Origin: Candidatus Woesebacteria bacterium
GTDB lineage: Bacteria; Patescibacteriota; Microgenomatia; UBA8517; UBA10165
Direction of reading: 5' to 3'
DNA length: 48,254 nt
Assembly (NCBI GenBank): GCA_002686465.1
Contig: NZCP01000012.1
Location: 1-48,254 of the forward strand
A program made the position numbers and the translations under genes. Positions 14,752-22,882 of the stretch are shown one piece after another. The number at the start of each line of letters is the position of its first letter. The first letter of the stretch is position 1. Below the pieces are notes generated by a model. That model did no database searches and was not told the DNA's origin. It saw only the letters and a program-made list of their open reading frames with translations.

Positions 14752-17052
14752 CTAGAATCTTCTTTTTGAGGGTACTAGTCTGCTTGCTGGGAAATGTGGA
14801 CCACTGCGTTCGTTTTCACTGCGTCCTCTTTGTGGTTGACTTCCACGCCCTCTAGGGCTAAACCGATTATCTCTTCTACCACCGCGACTATCGCCGCGAC
14901 GACTATCGCCTCGACGATTATCATCACGACGGTTCATATCTCCCCTGTCTCCGCCACGATGATCTCTACTCCCTGATTCTTTTTCTTTCTCTTTTTCAGG
15001 ATCAAGAATCATAGTAAGGTTAATTCTTTTCATTTGGTCAATCTCTTTGACCCGAACCTGAACCTTGTCTCCCTCTTTAACAACGTCATTAGGATCTTTC
15101 ACAAATCCTTCTGACATGTCGGACACATGCACTAATCCGTCTTTACCAGGCAAAACTTCAACAAAGGCTCCAAAGGGTTGGATTCTTTTTACTTCTCCTT
15201 CGTAAACCTCCCCTGGTTGTACCTCTTTTATCAAGTTTTCAACATACTCTTGGGCTTTTGAGACAGAGCCTTTGTCCGGTCCTGAGATAACAACGGATCC
15301 ATCGTCTTCAACGTCTAGGTGTGCCCCGGTTGTTGCCATAATGTCTTTGATCTGTCTTCCGCCAGGACCAATAATCTCACCAATTTTTTCAACAGGAATG
15401 TTGATTTTAATAACACTTGGTGCATACTTTGAGACATCCTCGCGAGGCTTGTCTACCACATCAGTCATTTTAGATAAGATAAATAGACGCCCCGTGTTTG
15501 CCTGCTTGAGAGCCTTTTCTAAAATCGCAAACGTAAGACTAGCCGTTTTGACATCAAGTTGAATCGCTGTAACACCGTCTTTTGTACCTGCAACCTTAAA
15601 GTCCATATCCCCTGTAAAGTCCTCGGTTCCTAAAATATCCGAAAGTATTGCTGTCTTTTTATCCTCTATAATAAGTCCCATCGCAATTCCTGCAACAGGA
15701 GCGCTAATTGGAACACCTGCGTCCATTAAAGAAAGCGTTGATCCGCAAGTCGACGCCATGCTGGTTGACCCGTTAGAAGCCATTATTTCTGAAACAACTT
15801 GGATCGTATACGGAAAGTCTTCCTGTTTTGGAAGAACTGGAATGAGCGCGCGCTCTGCCAATGCTCCGTGTCCAATTTCTCGTCTTCCAGGCGATCCCAC
15901 ACGACCTGTTTCCCCAGTCGTAAAAGGCGGCATGTTGTAGTGATGAATATAGTGCTTGTTTTCCTCACCTTCCGCTGTCTCCAAAAGCTGGGAAAGGTCT
16001 GGTGAACCAAGTGTTGCAATCGTAAGGGCCTGGGTTTGGCCTCTTTGAAAGACTGCTGAGCCATGAGTTCTGGGTAAAACCCCGACCTCAACTGAGATCT
16101 CGCGTATCTGATCGAGTTTTCGCCCATCAAGCCTTTTTCCTGCCAACGTTTCTTTTCTAATCCTGTTTTTTGTAACTTCCTCGATAGCACCTGATACCAA
16201 GCCTGCTTTTTCTTTTCCAACCTCCTCGATGATTGCGTCTTCTATCTCAGTCGCACTGACACTATCCTTTGCAGAGTTTGCTTTTGCAAAATCGTAAAGC
16301 TGGCTCCCAAACTTTTTGTCAATTAAGTGGATAAGTTCTTTGTCCTTTTTATCCTCAACTTTTTGCTTTTCTACGCCTATCTTTTTGGCAAGCTCAGAAA
16401 TTCCCTTAATTATCTTTTGTGCCTCTTTTTGCCCAAACTCAACGGCTTCCAAAACTTTCTTTTCAGAAACTTGATTTGCCCCCGCCTCTATCATGAATAT
16501 ACTGTCTTTGCTTGTCGATAATACTAGTTCTAGGTCAGAGGTTTTCATTTCTTCATTTGTAGGATTGGCAACGGGTTTTCCATCTTTTGTACCAATCTTT
16601 AAAGAGGCAACAGGACCACTCCAAGGAATGCTAGATGTGGCAAGCGCAGCTGATGCACCGATCATTGCAAGAGTAGATGGGTCGTTTTCTCCGTCTACTG
16701 AAAGAACGGTTGCAATAACCTGAACATCCTTTTTATACGCTTTTGGGAAAAGTGGTCTAATCGATCGGTCGGTCAATCTTGCAGTAAGGATCTCGTCATC
16801 CGTTGGTCTACCATCGCGTTTTACCCATCTACTACCTTTTATCTTCCCCCCTGCATAAAGCTTCGCGAAATAGTCAACGGTAAGTGGGAAGTAATCAAGG
16901 TCTGTGTCTTTTTGTGAGGCAACCACGGTTACCAAAACCATTGTGTCGCCCAATCTTGCAACAACAGCCGAATCAGCAAAGGACGCGAACCGTCCGTGTT
17001 CTAGCGTAAGGGTCTGTCCCCCAATTTTTATTTCTTCTACTACAATTTTCAT
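14752..17052 (-). CDS. pnp: Polyribonucleotide nucleotidyltransferase (PNPase) with an 83-aa Arg/Gly/Asp-rich C-terminal tail
   Basis: Two RNase PH domains, KH (GPGGRQIKDI) and S1 (GEVKRIQPFGAFVEV) domains, then a DHRGGDRGDMNRRDDNRRGDSRRGDSRGGRRDNRFSPRGRGSQPQRGR tail. Confidence 0.95.
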   Translation of the reverse strand: MKIVVEEIKIGGQTLTLEHGRFASFADSAVVARLGDTMVLVTVVASQKDTDLDYFPLTVDYFAKLYAGGKIKGSRWVKRDGRPTDDEILTARLTDRSIRPLFPKAYKKDVQVIATVLSVDGENDPSTLAMIGASAALATSSIPWSGPVASLKIGTKDGKPVANPTNEEMKTSDLELVLSTSKDSIFMIEAGANQVSEKKVLEAVEFGQKEAQKIIKGISELAKKIGVEKQKVEDKKDKELIHLIDKKFGSQLYDFAKANSAKDSVSATEIEDAIIEEVGKEKAGLVSGAIEEVTKNRIRKETLAGKRLDGRKLDQIREISVEVGVLPRTHGSAVFQRGQTQALTIATLGSPDLSQLLETAEGEENKHYIHHYNMPPFTTGETGRVGSPGRREIGHGALAERALIPVLPKQEDFPYTIQVVSEIMASNGSTSMASTCGSTLSLMDAGVPISAPVAGIAMGLIIEDKKTAILSDILGTEDFTGDMDFKVAGTKDGVTAIQLDVKTASLTFAILEKALKQANTGRLFILSKMTDVVDKPREDVSKYAPSVIKINIPVEKIGEIIGPGGRQIKDIMATTGAHLDVEDDGSVVISGPDKGSVSKAQEYVENLIKEVQPGEVYEGEVKRIQPFGAFVEVLPGKDGLVHVSDMSEGFVKDPNDVVKEGDKVQVRVKEIDQMKRINLTMILDPEKEKEKESGSRDHRGGDRGDMNRRDDNRRGDSRRGDSRGGRRDNRFSPRGRGSQPQRGRSENERSGPHFPASRLVPSKRRF

Positions 17053-17056
17053 TCAA

Positions 17057-17335
17057 TTATTTTGAGAGCCCAAGGTCTTTAATTAGACCTTTGTATCGCT
17101 TTTCTTCTTTTCTACCGAGGTAAGAAAGAAGTCTTCGCCTCTTTGCAACCATAGACAAAAGTCCACGTCGTGAATGTTCGTCTTTTTTGTGCTCCTGTAG
17201 ATGCGTGCTTAACCGCTCTATCTGGGCTGTAAGAAGTGCTACTTGAACCTCGGGGCTTCCTGTATCATCTTCTGCTTGAGCAAATTTTTTAATTATTTTT
17301 TTCTTCTTATCCGGAGAAAGAGCCATATTCGTCAT
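17057..17335 (-). CDS. rpsO: 30S ribosomal protein S15
   Basis: [52 protein letters not shown] lies 4 nt before ATG 17335. An alternative start is ATG 17326. Confidence 0.93.
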   Translation of the reverse strand: MTNMALSPDKKKKIIKKFAQAEDDTGSPEVQVALLTAQIERLSTHLQEHKKDEHSRRGLLSMVAKRRRLLSYLGRKEEKRYKGLIKDLGLSK

Positions 17336-17384
17336 GTAACTCCAAGCCCTGGTAAAACCTCGAGCCTAACAGTACATCTCCCCT

Positions 17385-17393
17385 ACTATAACA
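17385..17393 (-). promoter_or_regulatory. Extended -10 (TGtTATAGT) upstream of rpsO, giving a leader of about 40 nt
   Basis: The minus strand reads tgttatagt. It is followed by a leader containing GGAG before the rpsO ATG. Confidence 0.4.
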
Positions 17394-17404
17394 CAAACTG
17401 TCAG

Positions 17405-18271
17405 CTACGGCAAGGCTGGACCTTTTAAACTTCCTGGCTGTGGCCAGTCAGGTCCCTGTTGTTTTGCCTCCTCTTGACCTACAGTCGAGGGCGCGCCCGG
17501 TTGAGGAGAGACCCCCACTTCTTCTTGAGGGACCGCGGACGGAATGTCCATTTGGGCACCATTTTGAAGAAGCTGTGCAGCCTCAGTGAATGTGTCAGCA
17601 CTAACATTTTTGGCAGTGAAATTTTGTGTTCCTGCTTGGATACCTAAAAACAGATTTGTTGCGATATCCTCATTTAATGGCAATTTTAATTGGCTTATAA
17701 CCCAATTAGTAACCTCGGAAATTGAGGCTTTAGTTGGATCAATAATTTCAACAGGTTGAGTCCATCCCGAAAGCGGTGTATTTGAAAGGAGGACTACATT
17801 TTCCTTCTCAAAAACCTCCTTCTTTTGAGCAAACTCACCAATCTCCTCTGGATAGTTTGCCCCAACAACAATTACAAAATCGTAGCTACCTCCTGAGTAA
17901 GATGCTCTTATTTGTTCCTTGGTAGGCGCAGTATTGCCCGGCTTAGGCATAATAGAAAGCGTAAACTGCCCACTTTCTATATCGTAAGACACTCGATCAA
18001 TACCCTCAGGTGGAAAATCAACAAATGAGATCACCAAATTGTTTTCACCTAAACTCGCTCGAACCTTATCAACACCGACAAGTCGATTAAACTCAACAGT
18101 CATCGTCCCGGGTGAGGAAATGGTTGTTATAAGACCGCTTTTTTCTAGGGCCAATCCCAGAGCAAGACCACTAGCAACGCTATCCAAAGACGGATTCTGG
18201 GAAAGAACGATTAGGACTGACTTTGCCCCGGTCAGTATTTCTTGGAGTCTATTAATGTCTGCTGGTGCCAT
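17405..18271 (-). CDS. DHH-family (NrnA/RecJ-like fold) protein with degenerate catalytic motifs
   Basis: SVLIVLSQNPSLDSVASGLALGLAL resembles DHH motif I, but the His and Asp residues are replaced. No DHH triplet is found. The C-terminal part is DHHA1-like. It sits between infB and rpsO, where rbfA/truB/nrnA usually lie. Confidence 0.4.
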   Translation of the reverse strand: MAPADINRLQEILTGAKSVLIVLSQNPSLDSVASGLALGLALEKSGLITTISSPGTMTVEFNRLVGVDKVRASLGENNLVISFVDFPPEGIDRVSYDIESGQFTLSIMPKPGNTAPTKEQIRASYSGGSYDFVIVVGANYPEEIGEFAQKKEVFEKENVVLLSNTPLSGWTQPVEIIDPTKASISEVTNWVISQLKLPLNEDIATNLFLGIQAGTQNFTAKNVSADTFTEAAQLLQNGAQMDIPSAVPQEEVGVSPQPGAPSTVGQEEAKQQGPDWPQPGSLKGPALP

Positions 18272-18292
18272 TAAAAATTAGGGGCAGAAAAA

Positions 18293-19696
18293 TTAATTCT
18301 GGACAGATTCTAGCATATCCCCAACCTGGAAATCAAATTGGGGGTCAAAAAGTATACCGAATTCCTCACCGATTTCAGCCTTGTCAATATCTATCTTTTG
18401 CTTTTTTAAAGAAGCAATGTGGACATTGCTAAGGACTTCATCTCCTCGAACCAACCGTAGCCGATCAGATCTCGTAATCCGCCCTTCGGTAACTCTACAC
18501 CCAGCAATTCTTTTCTTATTGTGTGGGAATTCAGCCACAATTTCCGCCTTCCCAAGAATCTTTTCGTCTGCCTCATCGTCCTTAAACCAGTTCTCAAGAT
18601 CTTGCAAAAGCTCATAAATCACACTATATGTATGAATATCTACATGCTCGTTCTCAGCTAACCTTTGAGCACTCTTAGAGACCCTCACATTAAACCCAAT
18701 AATTGGCACCTTTGTACTAGCTGCCATCAAAACGTCTGATTCTGAGACATCTCCGACTTCCTCCTGTAAAGTACTGACTTTGTCGGCCAGTTGTGGGACT
18801 AATGCCTCTAAACTGCCAGCCGTGTCTGTTTTTAGAATAATTGACGGGTTGTCTCCTTTGGGTATCACTCTTTTTGTATCGATCTTAGCTGCCATTTCAT
18901 TTTCCGCAGGCGTGAGAGGTAACCCTACAGGAGGTATTGTTTCAAACCCAAGTATCGCTATAGGCATTCCTGGTCCAGCCATATTCACCGGCTTCTGGTG
19001 TTCATCAAAAAGTCCACGAATCCGTCCTGTTACACCATTGGTGCCTACAACATCGCCTACCTTCAAAATCCCCTCCCGAACCACCACATGGACAACAGGA
19101 CCGCGTCTTCTATCTAAGACCGTCTCAATAACAATTGCCTCTGTTGGAAGATCAGTTTTTGCCCCAATTTCATTCATTTGAGCAACAAGGGCAATCATTT
19201 CCAAAAGGTCCTCTACTCCCTTGCCGGTCATAGAAGAGATTTCAACTACAACAATGTCTCCCCCATGCCCTTCAAGAGAGACACCATTATCAACAAGTTG
19301 AGTTTTAACCCTTTCAGACTGCGCTGTCTTAAGATCCGTTTTGGTGATTGCAATAATAAACGGCGTTTTTGACTCTTTAATATATTGAAGTGATTCAACG
19401 GTTTGTGGCATTATCCCGTCGTCCGCTGCAACAACAAGAATAACTAAATCAGCGACTCTTGCTCCTCTTTCTCGCATCTTCTGGAATGCTGCGTGTCCTG
19501 GAGTATCTATAAAGGTTACTTTTTCTCCCTTTTTTGTCTCTACCTGCCAAGCTCCTATACCCTGAGTAATTCCCCCTGCCTCCCGGTCTACTAGATTTGT
19601 ACTACGGATTTTATCAAGAAGTGTGGTTTTGCCATGATCAACATGACCTAAAATAGCTACAATTGGAGGTCTCGCTTTTTGTACTTTGTTTTTCAT
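18293..19696 (-). CDS. infB: Translation initiation factor IF-2, minimal form (starts at the G domain)
   Basis: The P-loop GHVDHGKT begins at residue 17. DTPGH and NKTD-like (TKTD) motifs and C-terminal domains are present. Length is 467 aa. Confidence 0.93.
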   Translation of the reverse strand: MKNKVQKARPPIVAILGHVDHGKTTLLDKIRSTNLVDREAGGITQGIGAWQVETKKGEKVTFIDTPGHAAFQKMRERGARVADLVILVVAADDGIMPQTVESLQYIKESKTPFIIAITKTDLKTAQSERVKTQLVDNGVSLEGHGGDIVVVEISSMTGKGVEDLLEMIALVAQMNEIGAKTDLPTEAIVIETVLDRRRGPVVHVVVREGILKVGDVVGTNGVTGRIRGLFDEHQKPVNMAGPGMPIAILGFETIPPVGLPLTPAENEMAAKIDTKRVIPKGDNPSIILKTDTAGSLEALVPQLADKVSTLQEEVGDVSESDVLMAASTKVPIIGFNVRVSKSAQRLAENEHVDIHTYSVIYELLQDLENWFKDDEADEKILGKAEIVAEFPHNKKRIAGCRVTEGRITRSDRLRLVRGDEVLSNVHIASLKKQKIDIDKAEIGEEFGILFDPQFDFQVGDMLESVQN

Positions 19697-19716
19697 AGTA
19701 ATTAAGGACGCAGAAA

Positions 19717-20901
19717 CTACTTCTCATTCTTGTCATTGGTAGTCTCACTAGAGGAATCTTGTTCCTCTTTTGTATCTTTTTTAACTTCAGGCTTTGGTTT
19801 TGCTTTTTTTGTCTTAACTTTTTTTGTCTTGGTCTCTTTCTCTTTCTTGGTATCAGATTTTGGTTTTACCTCTTTTTTTTCATCGGTCTCGTCATCTTTC
19901 TTCTTTTTTTTCTTCTTCGGCTCCGGTATACCCTCTATTTCTATCTTCCAACCAGTTAATTTTGAGGCTAGGCGGACATTTTGTCCTTCTCGTCCTATTG
20001 CTAATGATAATTGATCTTCGGGAACCTTAATCTTTGCTTCCTGTTTCTTCTCATCAAAAACAACAGATATTCCCTCGGCCGGAGCTAGAGCAGCCGTGAT
20101 CAGATTTTCCGAATTATCCGTCCAGGCAATAACGTCAATTTTTTCTCCTCCTAGTTCATTAATGACAGCTTGAACTCGCACACCTTTTTGCCCTACACAA
20201 GAGCCAACAGGATCAACACCGGATTGTGTTGAGACAACGGCAATCTTAGTACGGCTACCTGCCTCACGGGCTATTTTACGAATTTCAACGCTTCCTGACG
20301 AGATCTCAGGCACCTCCCGAGCAAAAAGCTTCTCTACTATTGCAGGGTCTGCGCGAGACAAAAGAACCTCGCGTCCCCGTTCGCCCTCTCTAATCTCCTT
20401 CAGTAAAAAATTCAGACGTTGATTAAGACTTAGTCTTTCATTAGGAACTCTGTCTTGGGGCAACATAACTCCCTCGGTTCTACCAATATCGACTCGTACA
20501 TTAGCACCATCAAAACGAAGTACTACCCCAGAGACAAGCGAGCCAATTCTTTCCTGATATTGGGAAAGAACTGCTTCTCTTTCTGCCTCGCGAATCTTTT
20601 GTACAATTACCTGCTTTGCTGTTTGGGCTGCAATTCTACCGAATCCAGGAGGTGTTACATCTTTTTTCTTGTCTTCTTTTCCCTCTTCCCAAGAAAGAAT
20701 TTGTGCCTCACCAGACTGGGGATCAACAACCACCTCGAACTGTTCACTATCATCCTCATCTTCGTACTCTTTTATATCCCTTTTGTACGCCGCTAAAATC
20801 GCCTGTTTTATGGTGTCTAAAATAACAGCCGGATCTAGCCCTCGCTCATTTGCGATTGCGTTTAGGGCTGATGAAAATTCTGTTCTTGCTTGTGATCCCA
20901 T
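19717..20901 (-). CDS. nusA: Transcription termination/antitermination factor NusA with a Lys-rich C-terminal tail
   Basis: NusA N-domain, S1 domain and two KH domains (GSCVGQKGVRVQAV, AIGREGQNVRLASKLTGWKIEI), then a KKKKKKKDDETDEKKEVKPK... tail. Confidence 0.93.
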   Translation of the reverse strand: MGSQARTEFSSALNAIANERGLDPAVILDTIKQAILAAYKRDIKEYEDEDDSEQFEVVVDPQSGEAQILSWEEGKEDKKKDVTPPGFGRIAAQTAKQVIVQKIREAEREAVLSQYQERIGSLVSGVVLRFDGANVRVDIGRTEGVMLPQDRVPNERLSLNQRLNFLLKEIREGERGREVLLSRADPAIVEKLFAREVPEISSGSVEIRKIAREAGSRTKIAVVSTQSGVDPVGSCVGQKGVRVQAVINELGGEKIDVIAWTDNSENLITAALAPAEGISVVFDEKKQEAKIKVPEDQLSLAIGREGQNVRLASKLTGWKIEIEGIPEPKKKKKKKDDETDEKKEVKPKSDTKKEKETKTKKVKTKKAKPKPEVKKDTKEEQDSSSETTNDKNEK

Positions 20902-20913
20902 GATTAGTTAGAT

Positions 20914-20990
20914 GTAACAAGTTGTAAGTAACAAGTTTAAAAACCAACGACACGATTTCCTTTCCACTCTTGTCACCTGTTACTTGTCAC
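20914..20990. repeat. Heptad inverted-repeat element, copy 3 (arms 20914-20935 and 20968-20990, 32-nt spacer)
   Basis: gtaacaagttgtaagtaacaag ...32 nt... tcttgtcacctgttacttgtcac. The arms match 16/22. It lies between a terminator and the nusA ATG. Confidence 0.8.
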
Positions 20991-21004
20991 TTATTGTCTA
21001 TTTA

Positions 21005-21031
21005 CCAAAAACGGCGGGATTTTGTCCCACC
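21005..21031 (-). terminator. Rho-independent terminator after the 74-aa ORF
   Basis: The minus strand reads GGTGGGA-caaaa-TCCCGCC followed by GTTTTTGG. The stem is 7 bp including one G-U pair. Confidence 0.7.
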
Positions 21032-21064
21032 GCAAATCGAAAATCCTTTGTTAGTGTCTAAATA

Positions 21065-21289
21065 CTACACTTTGAAGCCAAAAATGTCAACGGGGCGTAG
21101 CGAAGGGTCTTTTTGTCGCGCATCCTCTAAAAACTCTTCAATTATGGCGCGGTCCTCAGGATGCCTCTTCTCAAGAAGACGATTAAAGTCCTCGGGATCA
21201 AATCCTTTTACTAACTTTGCAAACTCATGTTTAAACTGGTCTCGCGCAGATTCCATTGTGGGCGATGCGTGTTTACTCTCTGGAGACAT
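21065..21289 (-). CDS. Small hypothetical protein (74 aa from ATG 21289; the ORF opens at TTG 21343)
   Basis: MSPESKHASPTMESARDQFKHEFAKLVKGFDPEDFNRLLEKRHPEDRAIIEEFLEDARQ. It is helical and charged, and it has its own promoter and terminator. Confidence 0.55.
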   Translation of the reverse strand: MSPESKHASPTMESARDQFKHEFAKLVKGFDPEDFNRLLEKRHPEDRAIIEEFLEDARQKDPSLRPVDIFGFKV

Positions 21290-21300
21290 ATATATACCGT

Positions 21301-21328
21301 AATTTAAACCATGGAGCCAAAAAGTCAA
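21301..21328 (-). promoter_or_regulatory. Promoter TTGACT-16-TAAATT, 11 nt upstream of ATG 21289
   Basis: The minus strand reads ttgact-ttttggctccatggtt-taaatt. Its -35 box is the inverted partner of the plus-strand TTGACA. Confidence 0.45.
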
Positions 21329-21336
21329 CAGATTTG

Positions 21337-21364
21337 TTGACAATCAAGCTAATTTTCCTATAAT
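21337..21364 (+). promoter_or_regulatory. Consensus sigma-70 promoter TTGACA-16-TATAAT, 9 nt upstream of GTG 21374
   Basis: ttgaca-atcaagctaattttcc-tataat-ataggcaca-GTG. Confidence 0.65.
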
Positions 21365-21373
21365 ATAGGCACA

Positions 21374-21700
21374 GTGTTAGTTGAACGAAAACCGGCACTT
21401 TTTAGCGCTGAGCATGTAGATAGATTTAGATCTCTACGAGGAGTTCATTCTATTCAACATGCAAGAGACCCACGAGGGGGCTCTGCTTGGTTTATTCTTA
21501 CCAAGACAAATGGCACGCAAGACAGGGAAGAATTACAGGATGCGTTGGAGCAAGCCTTCGGCGATCCGTCAGAAGCACCACAAATAGTGATAGACGACAA
21601 AAACTCTTTTAGCTCCACAGAAAGAAAGCAATTCTGGTTAGACAGCTTGGAACTACAGACTTCTCCGAGAGATATCAGAATTATTTCTTCACAAAATTAA
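21374..21700 (+). CDS. Hypothetical protein, 108 aa, GTG start, leaderless geometry
   Basis: This is the only plus-strand ORF in the first 27 kb. It follows a consensus promoter directly. Its stop overlaps the dnaJ stop convergently (21697-21700). Confidence 0.55.
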   Translation: MLVERKPALFSAEHVDRFRSLRGVHSIQHARDPRGGSAWFILTKTNGTQDREELQDALEQAFGDPSEAPQIVIDDKNSFSSTERKQFWLDSLELQTSPRDIRIISSQN

Positions 21701-22596
21701 CTCTTTTTCTTCTTGAGGTTCTCTAGAGCTTTTTTCTGCTCGGAAGTTAAATTTTTGTAATCAGGAATATCTATTCCGAGTCTGATATAGAAATCTCCTC
21801 GACCTCGACCATGCAAACGTGGCATTCCTTTACCTGACAATCTAAGTGTTGTTCCGGGCTGGGTCGCGGGTCGAACTCTAATTGTCGTATCCCCCTCCAA
21901 AGTTGGAACTTTGAGATTTCCGCCTGTCATCGCAGCCAATAACGGCACTTTTATCTCTACAAATACATCTTCGCCGTCTCTTTGGAAAACTTTGTGCGGG
22001 CGAACATTGATAGTTATCAGAAAGTTCGAAAACTGTATACGCGACCCGTCGTCAACCCCAGCAGGGATTTTTATCTTGTGTTTGCGTCCTCCAAGAGAGA
22101 CTGTTTTTTCAACACCTTTGTAGGCCTCTATAAAATCTATTGAAATTGAAACATGCGGCACTCTTGCGGTCTGTCCAAAAGGTGAGGCAGCGCCAAAAAA
22201 TTGCTCAAAGATTTGAAACGGGTCGGCAAAATCTGCTCCTTCAAATGGAGATCCGCCATTGCCGCGAGTCGTATAGGTATAAGTGAAAGGGCCCTGTCTG
22301 TGAGTTTGTGTTCCTTGGAACCCACCAAAACCTCCAAAAGGACCCGCACCCGGAGGTGCTTGACCTCCCGGAGTAAAGGCGCTGTGGCCAAACTGGTCGT
22401 AGGCTTCCCGTTTCTTGGAGTCAGATAAAATCTCGTACGACTCGTTTATTTCTTTGAACTTTTTTTCAGCTTCTGCGGATTTGTTTTTATCAGGATGCCA
22501 CTTCAAAGCAAGTTTGCGATAAGCACTTTTCAGCTCGCTTGCAGAAGCATCCTTTTTAACTCCTAAGATTTCGTAATAGTCTTGTTGTGCAGCCAT
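21697..22596 (-). CDS. dnaJ: J-domain co-chaperone DnaJ, class B type (no zinc-finger domain, no cysteines)
   Basis: DYYEILGV...KWHPDKN (HPD motif), a G/F-rich region and C-terminal substrate-binding domains. CxxCxGxG repeats are absent. Confidence 0.9.
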   Translation of the reverse strand: MAAQQDYYEILGVKKDASASELKSAYRKLALKWHPDKNKSAEAEKKFKEINESYEILSDSKKREAYDQFGHSAFTPGGQAPPGAGPFGGFGGFQGTQTHRQGPFTYTYTTRGNGGSPFEGADFADPFQIFEQFFGAASPFGQTARVPHVSISIDFIEAYKGVEKTVSLGGRKHKIKIPAGVDDGSRIQFSNFLITINVRPHKVFQRDGEDVFVEIKVPLLAAMTGGNLKVPTLEGDTTIRVRPATQPGTTLRLSGKGMPRLHGRGRGDFYIRLGIDIPDYKNLTSEQKKALENLKKKKS

Positions 22597-22601
22597 AATT
22601 T

Positions 22602-22610
22602 ATTTTAACA
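22602..22610 (-). promoter_or_regulatory. Extended -10 (TGtTAAAAT) 5 nt upstream of the dnaJ ATG
   Basis: The minus strand reads tgttaaaat-aaatt-ATG, directly after the terminator T-run. Confidence 0.45.
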
Positions 22611-22632
22611 AAAAAGCCTCGTCTCCGAGGCT
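22610..22632 (-). terminator. Rho-independent terminator between the 72-aa ORF and dnaJ
   Basis: The minus strand reads AGCCTCG-gaga-CGAGGCT followed by TTTTTG. The 7-bp stem is perfect. Confidence 0.8.
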
Positions 22633-22654
22633 AATCAACTATTAATTTCTACTT

Positions 22655-22873
22655 TTATCTTGCCTCTTCTTTATCCTCCGGCCATACAATTCTGACAGTC
22701 TTCTGCTTAGGGTTGTAGACTATGCTCCAAATCAACTCTCCCTCCTGATCAGGCTGTACAACTGAGGCATGAGGACGTGGTTCATGGTCAAGGCAACCAT
22801 GCCTTATACCAGGAAACATCCTTTCAAACCGACGGGCTGCTGCATAAGGATCTGTTTCTACCCCTTTTCCCAT
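22655..22873 (-). CDS. Small hypothetical protein (72 aa) inserted between dnaK and dnaJ
   Basis: MGKGVETDPYAAARRFERMFPGIRHGCLDHEPRPH.... No family was recognised. A strong terminator follows it. Confidence 0.5.
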   Translation of the reverse strand: MGKGVETDPYAAARRFERMFPGIRHGCLDHEPRPHASVVQPDQEGELIWSIVYNPKQKTVRIVWPEDKEEAR

Positions 22874-22882
22874 AGTCTAATA

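Noticed and set aside
15783-16220. 145-aa minus-strand ORF inside pnp, plus several plus-strand ORFs in 14794-16723
   Set aside because: They are alternative-frame or antisense ORFs fully inside the well-supported PNPase CDS.
19730-20030. Phe/Leu-rich plus-strand ORFs (94, 66 and 68 aa)
   Set aside because: They are the antisense translation of the Lys/Glu-rich NusA tail (poly-AAG/AAA read as TTT/CTT). This is a compositional artefact.
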